Of a stretch of DNA of 32,000 bases, positions 1-9,037 are shown one piece after another; position 1 is the stretch's first letter, and each line of letters opens with the position of its first letter. The translations under genes and the position numbers were made by a program. The notes beneath the pieces are model-generated. The model had not been told where the DNA came from. It searched no databases and worked only from the letters and a program-made list of their open reading frames with translations. This DNA comes from Raphidiopsis brookii D9 (GTDB lineage: Bacteria; Cyanobacteriota; Cyanobacteriia; Cyanobacteriales; Nostocaceae): contig ACYB01000020.1 of assembly GCA_000175855.1 (NCBI GenBank), positions 1-32,000 on the forward strand, given 5' to 3'.

Positions 1-257
1 GTTTGGGCTGGTTTTTAATATTAATTAATCCGAAATTACGAAAAAAAGGACGCGATCGCTCTGTGGAAAAGGGTTTTGAAAAAATCATTTTGCAATTTAC
101 CACCGACTTTGAAAACACCCTGCTTTGCATGAGAGATAGATTACTATTATACAAACTTTTCAGCTTCCGTGAGTCATTTTGCGCTTTTAGTCTAAACTCC
201 AATTACAAGGATAATGGATACCAGCAACCAAAACATCATCATAAAAATACCTCCTGC

Positions 258-1712
258 TTAATTATCACCTAGTATAATCAGATCACGTAGATAATAAAAC
301 TGATCAGTCTTCCAATCCGTGCCTCTTTTTCTACCCAAATATCCTGTTAGGGGTGATGATAGTTCTATCAATATTTCGTGCATCTCTTCAAGTTTTAATG
401 GGACTGATGAAGGTGTGCCAAAATAAACACCATGTAAATTACTTACCATTGCAAATTCTAGTCCCGAATTGCACAAATATTCCTTGACTAATCTGACCAA
501 ATGGGATCGTATCTTGATTTGCTTCTCTACTTTTTCTATATATTCATCAATCCCATCATCTATTTGACCAGGTTCTAAATACTCTTTTAATTCCAGAAGA
601 TTTACTGCTCCTGGATATGTGGCCTTTAGTTGCACTAATTTTTGTAGTGTCATAGCTTTCATAATACTGGTTTTGGAAATTTTGGCAGATCTGATCAACG
701 ATTGTTGCAGCTGTTTGGTGGGATCGCCCGGTCCAATAATTAAACGCACTGCTTGCAAATAGTTTTCTTGTAAGTGTCTTTTAGCAATTCTATCTAATTC
801 TTCTACTGCACGGTCTGGAATACTTTTACCAGATTTACATTCACAAACTAGAGGAAATGGGTCAGAACAATATAAATCTAAACCTCCTACACCTCCTTTA
901 TAGCTATTTTCTACTCTAAATCCCAAAAATTCTAAACCTCGTCGACAAATATTCTCAAAGTCTGTACCTGCTTGATAGTTACTTTTCCTCTCTTCTAGTT
1001 CTATACTTCTATCCGCTAAAAAGGAAATGGTTTTTATCCAATCTAAATCAGAATTTGCAGTCTTTTTCTGTTTAATAGTACTCCATCCTAGAAATCCTCT
1101 AATTTCCTGTTGTAATTGCTGGTAAACAGGAAGTTCCGGGTTACTTTTGGTCAGGGATGATAACAGACTATCTAGTTTTTCTATTTGAGGGTGTAAAGGA
1201 GGTTGGCGATTTTCTAGTTGTTTCTGACGTTGAATAAACACATAATCATCTAATACAGGTTGATTTTCTGATGTGTATATATTACTTTCTAAAGGTATAA
1301 ATTTTCCAAGCTTTTGCTCAATATTGGGGAATGTTTTAACTTTCACAAATGTATCTAAATAGTAAACCCGTAAATGAGCTAGAAAAAAATGCGGACGTTT
1401 TTCTAGTATTTGCCGAAAAAATTCTGGTTCCCGTATGGTTAACCGAGCTAGAATATCTAAAGAACCAGTTTTATCTTTATCAAGACTTTGACAACCCTGA
1501 CATCTAGCCCAGCATTTTATTAAAACTTCTTGATCATCTGGGTTTGTAATATTAGGATTCCCATTCAGATCAGCTGGAAACAAGGCAAAACCCTGTCCAG
1601 TAGACATTAGTAACTTCTGTGGTATAACACTAATAATTCGTCCTTGTATTAGGTGTTCAATATCAATATCTGGTAAGCACAGGGCATTATAAATTAAGAT
1701 AGGTTTACTCAT
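258..1712 (-). CDS. Fusion protein with an N-terminal DUF1802-like region and a PD-(D/E)xK (Mrr/restriction-endonuclease-like) nuclease core. Last long gene of the 3-gene cassette.
   Basis: 484-aa ORF with an ATG start. The motif GVGGLDLYCSDPFPLVCECKSGKS (D-x12-E-x-K) is encoded at about 835-894. The N-terminal pattern ALCLPDIDIEHLIQGRIISV...GQGFALFPA...LIKCWARC...RPHFFLAHLRVYYL resembles the cyanobacterial DUF1802 family by eye. The upstream ATPase gene is only 33 bp away. Confidence 0.6.
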   Translation of the reverse strand: MSKPILIYNALCLPDIDIEHLIQGRIISVIPQKLLMSTGQGFALFPADLNGNPNITNPDDQEVLIKCWARCQGCQSLDKDKTGSLDILARLTIREPEFFRQILEKRPHFFLAHLRVYYLDTFVKVKTFPNIEQKLGKFIPLESNIYTSENQPVLDDYVFIQRQKQLENRQPPLHPQIEKLDSLLSSLTKSNPELPVYQQLQQEIRGFLGWSTIKQKKTANSDLDWIKTISFLADRSIELEERKSNYQAGTDFENICRRGLEFLGFRVENSYKGGVGGLDLYCSDPFPLVCECKSGKSIPDRAVEELDRIAKRHLQENYLQAVRLIIGPGDPTKQLQQSLIRSAKISKTSIMKAMTLQKLVQLKATYPGAVNLLELKEYLEPGQIDDGIDEYIEKVEKQIKIRSHLVRLVKEYLCNSGLEFAMVSNLHGVYFGTPSSVPLKLEEMHEILIELSSPLTGYLGRKRGTDWKTDQFYYLRDLIILGDN

Positions 1713-1745
1713 AATTCATTAATACTAAGCCAATACTAAGCAATT

Positions 1746-3686
1746 TTAACTAAAAAGATCAGCTAAGTCATCTTCTTTGTCTGTTTGATTTATATCGGAA
1801 TTAGAGAACAATTCCTCTATAATGTCTTCATCACTGACCTCAATCATGCTTCCAGATGGGTCACTGAGAATTTCTCTCAATAAGAGATTATCAGAGGTAA
1901 TTTTGTTTTGGTGAATAATATCAAAAATCTCCTGTTCAGTTAGTTGATAATTTTCTCGCTTTTGATAAATATGCAATATTGCTATGAGTGGTCGAATTTG
2001 ATTGTCGATTAGATCTACATTTTCTCCGCCTTTTTCGGATATTAATTCATTAAGTAACTTATAGCCCTCTGATTTTTTCTTCATTTGTTCTATCTTGGAA
2101 TAAGAACGAACCAAACAGCCACGAGTCAAATCAAATGTTTCATAATCATTTAAACGCTTCAAGCAAGCAGTTAATGTGAAAACAGTATCTTGAACAACTG
2201 CCACACCAATTTTTACTAGTTTTCCGTTCTCATGTCCAACAATTTTGAACCTGATAAAATTCTTATTTTTGCTCTTTGGTTGCACATCATCAATAATTTC
2301 TTCTATCATTACTTGTTCTAGCACCTGTCCTTTTAAAGTGGTAAATCCAAAATACAGAGCTTCTGCAATCAGGTCGCTATCCTCGGAATAATCTTTAATA
2401 TCAGTAGCCATTTCCCTAGTAAATCCCAGTTCAAATCTAGAAGCAGGATCTTGAGGAAGCTGTTCTTCTTGTACACAAAAATTGTTGGCGCACCATTGTA
2501 AAGCCTCTCTAACAGTTAATTTATTTTTACCATATTCTCTAAGTTGGCTTTCTGAAAATGGATAAAGTATATGGGGAGGAATTAAATTTTTTGAGGTATA
2601 ATATTCCTTAAGCCATGTAGCGACTATATCCAATATGGAGTTTGCGTTGAGAGGTTCTAAATCTATAGGTTTTCGTCGAGTGAACTTAGAAATTCGGTCG
2701 GGTGTACCACCTGGGAGAGAATTGACTTTGACGCGCCATGTTTCTGGTAACATTACCGTAATAATAACTACTCCTTTTCCCAAGTCTGAGTTTTCTAGGG
2801 TGTCATGAAGAATTTTTACAAAGTTGGCAATCACGCTTTCTGTAGGATAGCCATCTTCTGTTGAGTTGTTTCGGACATCTACTTCATCAAAACAAATGAC
2901 AACTGAGTTATAATGACTGACTAAATTGAGAACTTGTTGGATATTTTTCAGAGCTTCTGCTTCTCTCTCCTGATTAGTTCTATTAGAATTGGGTAGTCCC
3001 AAATCATAAGCATTTGCTTCAGATAACTCTTCACCAGATAGCCATCTAATGGCAAAGGGGGCTTGAGTTTCTGACAGTGTCCACAGAATGGCACGAATAA
3101 TATAGGGATCTGCATCGGGTCTATTTTTCATTACCGTTCTTTGCAGAGAATCCATGAAGTTTTGATTACTTCCTTGCTTCTTCTGAGAGATATTATCAAA
3201 CCTTTTTATTAATTCCGTAGCAGGTTTAGTAATCTCCCTATTTTCATTAACCATAGCTGCAGCAACTTCTTGCCATTGCATTACTCCTTGACTACCAGTT
3301 TTGCTTAAACTATCTGCTAGGGTTTGTTGAAATTGGTACTTGACTAAATTTAAATCAGTGTAATTATTGGCACTTGCATAAACAAATAAAGCACCTCCCT
3401 CTTTTTCTAATTGATGACGAACTCGACTCAAAAGATGAGTTTTACCAACTCCTTGCTGGGCGGTAATGGCAATAGAAGTTATTTTATCTTGACTATGTTT
3501 AGTCTGACGAACAGACTCAAGCGCTTCAAATATCTTATTAGAAGCATGTTGATTTAATGTTGTCACATCAGGAAATCCCTTACCCCAAATATTCTGTTCT
3601 TTAACAATGCCCGCGTTGATAAAAGGATTGTGACTATTAATAGCAGCATTGACGGATTCTATGGGCGAACTCGGTGTGTTTGTCAT
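1746..3686 (-). CDS. P-loop NTPase (AAA/ORC-Cdc6/STAND-like N-terminal module) with a long unassigned C-terminal region and an acidic tail
   Basis: 646-aa ORF with an ATG start. Walker A is AQQGVGKTHLL (encoded about 3434-3460) and Walker B is VVICFDEVD. About 350 aa of C-terminal sequence has no motif I recognise. The C-terminus is acidic (DEDIIEELF...DKEDDLADLFS). Confidence 0.65.
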   Translation of the reverse strand: MTNTPSSPIESVNAAINSHNPFINAGIVKEQNIWGKGFPDVTTLNQHASNKIFEALESVRQTKHSQDKITSIAITAQQGVGKTHLLSRVRHQLEKEGGALFVYASANNYTDLNLVKYQFQQTLADSLSKTGSQGVMQWQEVAAAMVNENREITKPATELIKRFDNISQKKQGSNQNFMDSLQRTVMKNRPDADPYIIRAILWTLSETQAPFAIRWLSGEELSEANAYDLGLPNSNRTNQEREAEALKNIQQVLNLVSHYNSVVICFDEVDVRNNSTEDGYPTESVIANFVKILHDTLENSDLGKGVVIITVMLPETWRVKVNSLPGGTPDRISKFTRRKPIDLEPLNANSILDIVATWLKEYYTSKNLIPPHILYPFSESQLREYGKNKLTVREALQWCANNFCVQEEQLPQDPASRFELGFTREMATDIKDYSEDSDLIAEALYFGFTTLKGQVLEQVMIEEIIDDVQPKSKNKNFIRFKIVGHENGKLVKIGVAVVQDTVFTLTACLKRLNDYETFDLTRGCLVRSYSKIEQMKKKSEGYKLLNELISEKGGENVDLIDNQIRPLIAILHIYQKRENYQLTEQEIFDIIHQNKITSDNLLLREILSDPSGSMIEVSDEDIIEELFSNSDINQTDKEDDLADLFS

Positions 3687-3769
3687 TGTAACTGTTATAT
3701 TTCAGGAATGGGAAACTTCAGTGAGAAGAATAAAGATATTGTATTGAGTTAGACTGAGTTGGAAGCATT

Positions 3770-4453
3770 TTAAACCAACCGTTTAGCGTAAGACCGCAAT
3801 TGAGTTCCAGGAATAAGGATACTATCTTCCTGTTTATCAGTGGTGAAATCTGGTATTTCCCCGGAAATGAGCTGTAAAATATCATCAGCTTGCATTTCCA
3901 CTAACCACTGATTGAACTTTCCCCTCTCCACTCTTTTTCCTATTTCTCTTCTCAGTCTATAAATTGGAACTAAGTTGTCAAAATTGTATTGGTTATCCAG
4001 AAGACTATAAACTTCTAATAATACGGATTTAAATTCCTCATAGGAAGCAATAAGCTTGCTATTGGTAGATTCACTAGCTTTTATTTCCGGTGTTGATGGT
4101 GCTGAGTGGGATTGACGTAGTAAAAGCAATAAAGCATTAGCAACCCAAGCACCAACGTTCTTATCAAATTTAAATTCCTTGTTCAAGAGTCCATTACGTA
4201 AAATATTAATACCTACGGGTGTGGTGATTGTATAACTAACCGTCGCACCCTTCTTTGTGGTGCTAATGGCACCATCTGCTTCTAAATGTTCTATTATTTG
4301 CTGATAGTCAGTCATTCTCTGACCTTTAGACACTATTCGCTTGCTCAATTGACCTTTGGTTACCTTCTGCTCCCCTGCTCCCAAATCCCATAATGCCAGT
4401 AGCAGTCTGGTCTGAGCATAAGTTCCTTGTAATGCTTGTTTTTTTGAAGCCAT
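3770..4453 (-). CDS. Small putative DNA-binding protein with N- and C-terminal winged-helix-like segments. First gene of the cassette.
   Basis: 227-aa ORF with an ATG start. The N-terminal segment LLLALWDLG..VTKGQLSKRI...MTDYQQIIEHLEADGAISTTKKGATVSYTITTPG has a helix-turn-helix plus beta-wing pattern. The C-terminal segment VPIYRLRREIGKRVERGKFNQWLVEMQADDILQLISGE looks similar. The fold is assigned by eye only. Confidence 0.45.
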   Translation of the reverse strand: MASKKQALQGTYAQTRLLLALWDLGAGEQKVTKGQLSKRIVSKGQRMTDYQQIIEHLEADGAISTTKKGATVSYTITTPVGINILRNGLLNKEFKFDKNVGAWVANALLLLLRQSHSAPSTPEIKASESTNSKLIASYEEFKSVLLEVYSLLDNQYNFDNLVPIYRLRREIGKRVERGKFNQWLVEMQADDILQLISGEIPDFTTDKQEDSILIPGTQLRSYAKRLV

Positions 4454-4579
4454 ACTTCTTAATTCCTAAACAACTTTAACAGTCTTAACGCTATTTAAAA
4501 TAAGGGCTTTTATACCTAGTGCAAAGGTACGTTTACCTAAGTTTCAAAATGACCATAGCAGGTTAGATTATCCCGTTAC

Positions 4580-4597
4580 ATCTATCTCAAGATAGAT
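4580..4597. promoter_or_regulatory. Perfect 8-2-8 palindrome ATCTATCT-ca-AGATAGAT upstream of the cassette. Possible operator.
   Basis: Read directly from the sequence. It lies about 127 bp upstream of the wHTH gene ATG (4453) and about 50 bp downstream of the Tab2 stop. No T-run follows on either strand, so a terminator role is unlikely. Confidence 0.25.
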
Positions 4598-4645
4598 ATT
4601 TAACTCGTTTAGAGAAGTCAATGAAACCTAGCCAAAATCTTTCGA

Positions 4646-5515
4646 TCAAAGATTGATTTCTTTTAATAACCAAAAACCAGCAAAAGACTGGGACTGGGGA
4701 TCAGACTGTACTCCAATAAAATGCACACCGTTGGCTTTTTGTTTAGCCTCTTCAAAGCCCTTAGCATCTTCTAATAATTTGGGAGTTCTCAAATTCGCTA
4801 AAATCCAACTTTCCGTACCACCTGTCTCTAAAACTAATCTATCCCCTTGATTATTAGGATTACTATCAAATCGTAAGTACGCCAACTCCAAACCGGACAT
4901 CCATCCAGCAATTGGTAAAGCTCTGGGGGAAAAAATCAAAATTCCCGGAATGGGGGTTTCCGGGGATAAACCAGCTAATTCTAAGGGAAAAGCCTCGCCA
5001 AATGCAATTTCCCATTCCGGCATATCAGTAAAATCACTGGCTTCTAGACTAACAAATGTCCATTGTTTACCTTCTAGCGCATCCGGTAATCTTTGAGGTA
5101 AGGGTCTTTCCAATCGCACGGAAGAGTTAGTCACCTGTTGATATCCGGGTTCTTGAGGATAAACTTCCTCCATTCTTTGTTGTATCCATTGGTTGAGAAC
5201 TAAAGTTTTGCGACTGGATAAAGCAGGTATCCCCATGTCTTGACAAGCTTTAGTAATCATATTATTCATCTGTCGGCGGAAAAAGCGAATTTTTATGGGT
5301 GCCACACCTGCTTTTTCAATAGCTTCTTCTAATGCTTGGCGTAACCAGACTGAATTGACTTGGGTGCTAGGGCAATATTGCGAGTAGCGAAATAGGGAAT
5401 CCACTTTAGTAATAACATCTGTAGGACTTTCACAGATCAAGACTTCCCAAACTTTTTTTTGATTTACGTCCAGAATAGGACGAGAGTAAAAATCGAGTTC
5501 CCAAATATTGCCCAT
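4646..5515 (-). CDS. Tab2-family (DUF1092) RNA-binding protein homologue
   Basis: 289-aa ORF. The N-terminus MGNIWELDFYSRPILDVNQKKVWEVLICE matches the conserved WELDFYSRP start of cyanobacterial and plastid Tab2/ATAB2 proteins. Confidence 0.75.
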   Translation of the reverse strand: MGNIWELDFYSRPILDVNQKKVWEVLICESPTDVITKVDSLFRYSQYCPSTQVNSVWLRQALEEAIEKAGVAPIKIRFFRRQMNNMITKACQDMGIPALSSRKTLVLNQWIQQRMEEVYPQEPGYQQVTNSSVRLERPLPQRLPDALEGKQWTFVSLEASDFTDMPEWEIAFGEAFPLELAGLSPETPIPGILIFSPRALPIAGWMSGLELAYLRFDSNPNNQGDRLVLETGGTESWILANLRTPKLLEDAKGFEEAKQKANGVHFIGVQSDPQSQSFAGFWLLKEINL

Positions 5516-5579
5516 GTTATAATGTGTTATAATGTGAAACTGGTTATGATTATTATGTTATGACTATTATGACTGTTAA

Positions 5580-6605
5580 TCATGGAGTGGGCAATTCATT
5601 AGGAGCAAAAGCACCATTTTCAGTAATGATAGCTGTTATTAATTCAGCTGGGGTGACATCAAAAGCAGGATTATAAAATTCCACACCTGAAGGTGTGAGC
5701 ATACTATCACCAACCTGGTAAATTTCCGATGGGTGACGCTCTTCTATGGGAATTTTATCCCCACTATCTAAACTGAAATCAATAGTGGAAACAGGTGCAG
5801 CTACAAAAAATGGAACATTATGGGATTTAGCAACAATGGCTAAATTATAAGTACCTATTTTATTCGCTGTGTCTCCATTGGCTGCTATTCTATCTGCACC
5901 AACCACTACGGCATCAATTAAACCTTGCTTCATACAGTGTGCTGCCATATTATCAGCAATCACGGTGACGGGAATACCTTCTTGAACACATTCCCATGCG
6001 GTGAGTTTTGCACCTTGTAAACGAGGACGAGTTTCGTCGGCAAAAACCCTAGTTAGTCTCCCCTCTTTCCAAGCTGAACGTACTACCCCCAATGCTGTAC
6101 CATAACCAGCAGTTGCTAAAGCACCTGCATTACAATGAGTCAGAATAATTAATTTTTCTGGTGTTTTGGGTAAAACTTTCAACCCGTTATCACCTATAAG
6201 TTGACAAGTTTCTAGATCTTCAGCACGAATTTTTTCAGCAGTTTCTAGCAGATTTTGTTTAATTTCTTCTATATTCCCTAGGGTTTCATAGGCAATTTGC
6301 ATCATTCTGCCAATAGCCCAAAATAGATTGACTGCAGTGGGACGCGTGGAGCGTAATACTTGGGCCACACCTTCTAATTCATGCAGGAACTCCAGACGGT
6401 TATTGGTTTCTATCTCCCTAGCGCCCAAATACATACCATAGGCAGCAGCTACACCAATAGCAGGTGCACCTCTAACAATCATAGTTCTAATGGCTTCTGC
6501 CATATCCTGACTGCGATGAATTTCAATTAAAGCATACTCATTGGGTAGACGAGTCTGGTCAATTAGTAGGACGGAATTGTTTTTCCAGATTACAGGATAA
6601 AGCAT
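5580..6605 (-). CDS. mtnA: S-methyl-5-thioribose-1-phosphate isomerase (eIF-2B alpha/beta/delta-like family)
   Basis: 341-aa ORF. Family-typical segments include [35 protein letters not shown] and [20 protein letters not shown]. Confidence 0.9.
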   Translation of the reverse strand: MLYPVIWKNNSVLLIDQTRLPNEYALIEIHRSQDMAEAIRTMIVRGAPAIGVAAAYGMYLGAREIETNNRLEFLHELEGVAQVLRSTRPTAVNLFWAIGRMMQIAYETLGNIEEIKQNLLETAEKIRAEDLETCQLIGDNGLKVLPKTPEKLIILTHCNAGALATAGYGTALGVVRSAWKEGRLTRVFADETRPRLQGAKLTAWECVQEGIPVTVIADNMAAHCMKQGLIDAVVVGADRIAANGDTANKIGTYNLAIVAKSHNVPFFVAAPVSTIDFSLDSGDKIPIEERHPSEIYQVGDSMLTPSGVEFYNPAFDVTPAELITAIITENGAFAPNELPTP

Positions 6606-6633
6606 GGGGGGAAGGAGTAAATTTACACGGAAA

Positions 6634-6660
6634 CCCCACCCTAGAAGAAGTGGGGTGGGG
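6634..6660 (-). terminator. Hairpin downstream of psaB. Probable psaAB terminator or attenuator.
   Basis: On the mRNA strand the element reads CCCCACCC-(11 nt loop)-GGGTGGGG followed by TTT. It starts 36 nt after the psaB stop. The 8-bp stem is GC-rich but the U-tract is short. Confidence 0.55.
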
Positions 6661-6695
6661 CTATTGATTTACTTACCTAAAACTGGCAGTCAGCT

Positions 6696-8927
6696 TTAAC
6701 CAAATTTGCCAGCAGTGGAAGCAATCAGGAATGCAGCATAGGTGAGGATGTAGCCAACGGTGAAGTGAGCTAAACCAACCACACGAGCTTGAACGATGGA
6801 GAGAGCAACGGGTTTATCTTTCCAGCGAACTAGGTTAGCTAGAGGAGTGCGCTCGTGAGCCCAAACCAAGGTTTCGATTAATTCTTGCCAATATCCTCTC
6901 CAGGAGATCAAGAACATGAAACCAGTTGCCCAGACTAAGTGTCCAAATAAGAACATCCAAGCCCAAACAGATAGGTTATTCATACCATAGGCGTTGTAGC
7001 CGTTGATCAACTGAGCAGAGTTGGCCCAGAGGTAATCGCGGAACCATCCCATTAAATAGGTCGAGTTTTCGTTGAATTGGGCAACGTTACCTTGCCAAAT
7101 ACCTAGGTGTTTCCAGTGCCAGTAGAAGGTTACCCAACCAATGGTGTTTAACATCCAGAACATTGCTAGGTAGAAAGCGTCCCAAGCTGAAATATCGCAA
7201 GTACCTCCCCGACCAGGACCGTCGCAAGGGAAGGCGTAACCAAAATCCTTTTTGTCAGGCATTAGCTTGGAACCACGAGCATCTAAAGCACCTTTAACTA
7301 GTACTAAGGTAGTGGTGTGAATAGCTAAAGCAAAGGCATGGTGAACCAAGAAGTCGCCAGGTCCAATGGTTAAGAATAGGGAGTTAGTGCCAGAGTTAAT
7401 GGCATCTAACCAACCAGGTAGCCAAACATTACCAGCATTGGGGTAAGCTGTGTAGGCAATACTGTCGGTGTTAGACAATAATACGTTAAGCCCGTATAAA
7501 ACTTTACCGTGAGCAGCTTGGATAAATTGGGCAAACACTGGCTCGATGAGGATTTGCTTTTCAGGAGTACCGAAAGCAACCACTACATCGTTATGAACGT
7601 ACAGACCCAAGGTGTGGAAACCCAGGAACAGGGACACCCAGCTTAAGTGAGAAATAATCGCTTCTTTATGCTGAAGAATCCGGTCTAATACGTTGCCTTT
7701 GTTTTGTTCTGGATCGTAGTCCCGAACCCAGAAGATGGCGGCGTGGGCAAAAGCACCAACCATCAAGAAACCAGCTATGTACTGGTGGTGGGTATACAAT
7801 GCTGCCTGGGTGGTGTAGTCCTTAGCGATGAACGCGTAGGAAGGCAGAGAGTACATGTGTTGCGCCACCAAGGAAGTAATGGTTCCTAACGCTGCCAATG
7901 CCAAAGACAGTTGGAAGTGTAAGGAGTTGTTGATGGTGTCGTACAAACCTTGGTGAGGTAAGTTGAACTGTCCTTCACTCTTGCTACCGGGGACTAAACC
8001 TGATTTGGAATTGAGCATTTCTTTGATGCTGTGACCAATTCCAAAGTTAGTGCGGTACATGTGACCAGCAATAATAAATAGAACTGCGATCGCCAAATGG
8101 TGATGAGCTATATCAGTCAACCACAGAGATTCTGTTTGAGGATGGAAACCACCTAAGAAGGTCAAAATTGCTGTTCCTGCACCAGTGGAGGTGCCGAAGA
8201 TCTGACCTGCGGTATCCGGATTCTGAGCATATACACCCCAGTTACCAGTGAAGAAGGGGGTCAAACCTGCGGGGTGGGGAGCCACACTCAAGAAGTTATC
8301 CCAGCCTACGTGAATACCGCGAGACTCAGGAATGGCAACGTGAACCAAGTGACCAGTCCATGCTAGGGAGCTAACACCAAATAAACCAGCTAGGTGATGG
8401 TTTAAACGGGGTTCAGCACTCTTAAACCAAGAGAGACTAGGACGGAACTTGGGTTGCAAGTGCAGCCAACCAGCAAACAGGAACAATGCGGCCAAGAGCA
8501 ACAAGCCTAGGGAACCGGTATATAGTTCTTGGTTTGTCCGCATCCCAATGGTGTACCACCAGTGATAAACACCTGAGTAAGCAATGTTAACAGGATTGCT
8601 TGCGCCAGCTTGAGTAAAAGCGTCAACTGCTGGTGCGCCGAAATGAGGATCCCAAATCGCATGGGCGATAGGACGGACGTTAAGGGGATCTTTGATCCAC
8701 TGTTCAAAGTTACCTTGCCAGGCTACGTGGAACAGGAGGCTGGATGCCCACAGAAATATGATTGCCAGGTGACCGAAATGGGTAGCGAAAATCTTTTGGT
8801 AAAGATTTTCTTCTGTCATGCCGTCATGGCTCTCAAAATCGTTGCCTGTGGCGATCGCATACCAAATCCGACGGGTAGTCGGGTCCTGTGCGAGATCCTG
8901 GCTAAATTTGGGAAATTTTGTTGCCAT
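6696..8927 (-). CDS. psaB: Photosystem I P700 chlorophyll a apoprotein A2
   Basis: 743-aa ORF. It starts [23 protein letters not shown] and carries the FX cluster motif [18 protein letters not shown]. Confidence 0.98.
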   Translation of the reverse strand: MATKFPKFSQDLAQDPTTRRIWYAIATGNDFESHDGMTEENLYQKIFATHFGHLAIIFLWASSLLFHVAWQGNFEQWIKDPLNVRPIAHAIWDPHFGAPAVDAFTQAGASNPVNIAYSGVYHWWYTIGMRTNQELYTGSLGLLLLAALFLFAGWLHLQPKFRPSLSWFKSAEPRLNHHLAGLFGVSSLAWTGHLVHVAIPESRGIHVGWDNFLSVAPHPAGLTPFFTGNWGVYAQNPDTAGQIFGTSTGAGTAILTFLGGFHPQTESLWLTDIAHHHLAIAVLFIIAGHMYRTNFGIGHSIKEMLNSKSGLVPGSKSEGQFNLPHQGLYDTINNSLHFQLSLALAALGTITSLVAQHMYSLPSYAFIAKDYTTQAALYTHHQYIAGFLMVGAFAHAAIFWVRDYDPEQNKGNVLDRILQHKEAIISHLSWVSLFLGFHTLGLYVHNDVVVAFGTPEKQILIEPVFAQFIQAAHGKVLYGLNVLLSNTDSIAYTAYPNAGNVWLPGWLDAINSGTNSLFLTIGPGDFLVHHAFALAIHTTTLVLVKGALDARGSKLMPDKKDFGYAFPCDGPGRGGTCDISAWDAFYLAMFWMLNTIGWVTFYWHWKHLGIWQGNVAQFNENSTYLMGWFRDYLWANSAQLINGYNAYGMNNLSVWAWMFLFGHLVWATGFMFLISWRGYWQELIETLVWAHERTPLANLVRWKDKPVALSIVQARVVGLAHFTVGYILTYAAFLIASTAGKFG

Positions 8928-8992
8928 AGGGTTGATGATTCCTCTGACCTTTGACCTTTAGCCATTGCTTAGTACCAGAGACATTTTGGGTC

Positions 8993-9031
8993 TTAGATTT
9001 TGGTAATTTCCAAAACCCAAAATATCGCCTG
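8993..9031 (-). other. Nested inverted repeat (two stacked stems) in the psaA-psaB spacer
   Basis: The outer arms are TTTTGGG/CCCAAAA (8993-8999 with 9025-9031). The inner arms are TTTTGG/CCAAAA (9007-9012 with 9019-9024), with a 6-nt loop. The element starts 7 nt downstream of the psaA stop codon. Confidence 0.35.
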
Positions 9032-9037
9032 AAATTG

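Noticed and set aside
52-59. GCGATCGC followed by a T-run on the minus strand, as a terminator for the cassette
   Set aside because: The 8-bp palindrome cannot form a stable stem-loop because it leaves no loop. It is simply a HIP1 copy.
3-272. 89-aa plus-strand ORF at the left edge
   Set aside because: It has no recognisable motif, overlaps the nuclease gene end, and its composition is typical of AT-rich intergenic sequence. The minus-strand micro-ORF with a consensus SD is the more interesting signal here.
258-3686. Reading the PD-(D/E)xK protein plus ATPase as a Tn7-like TnsA/TnsC pair
   Set aside because: No DDE transposase (TnsB), TniQ/TnsD or terminal repeat arrays are visible in or next to the cassette. 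The gene order and sizes do not fit. The cassette abuts core genes without obvious element ends.
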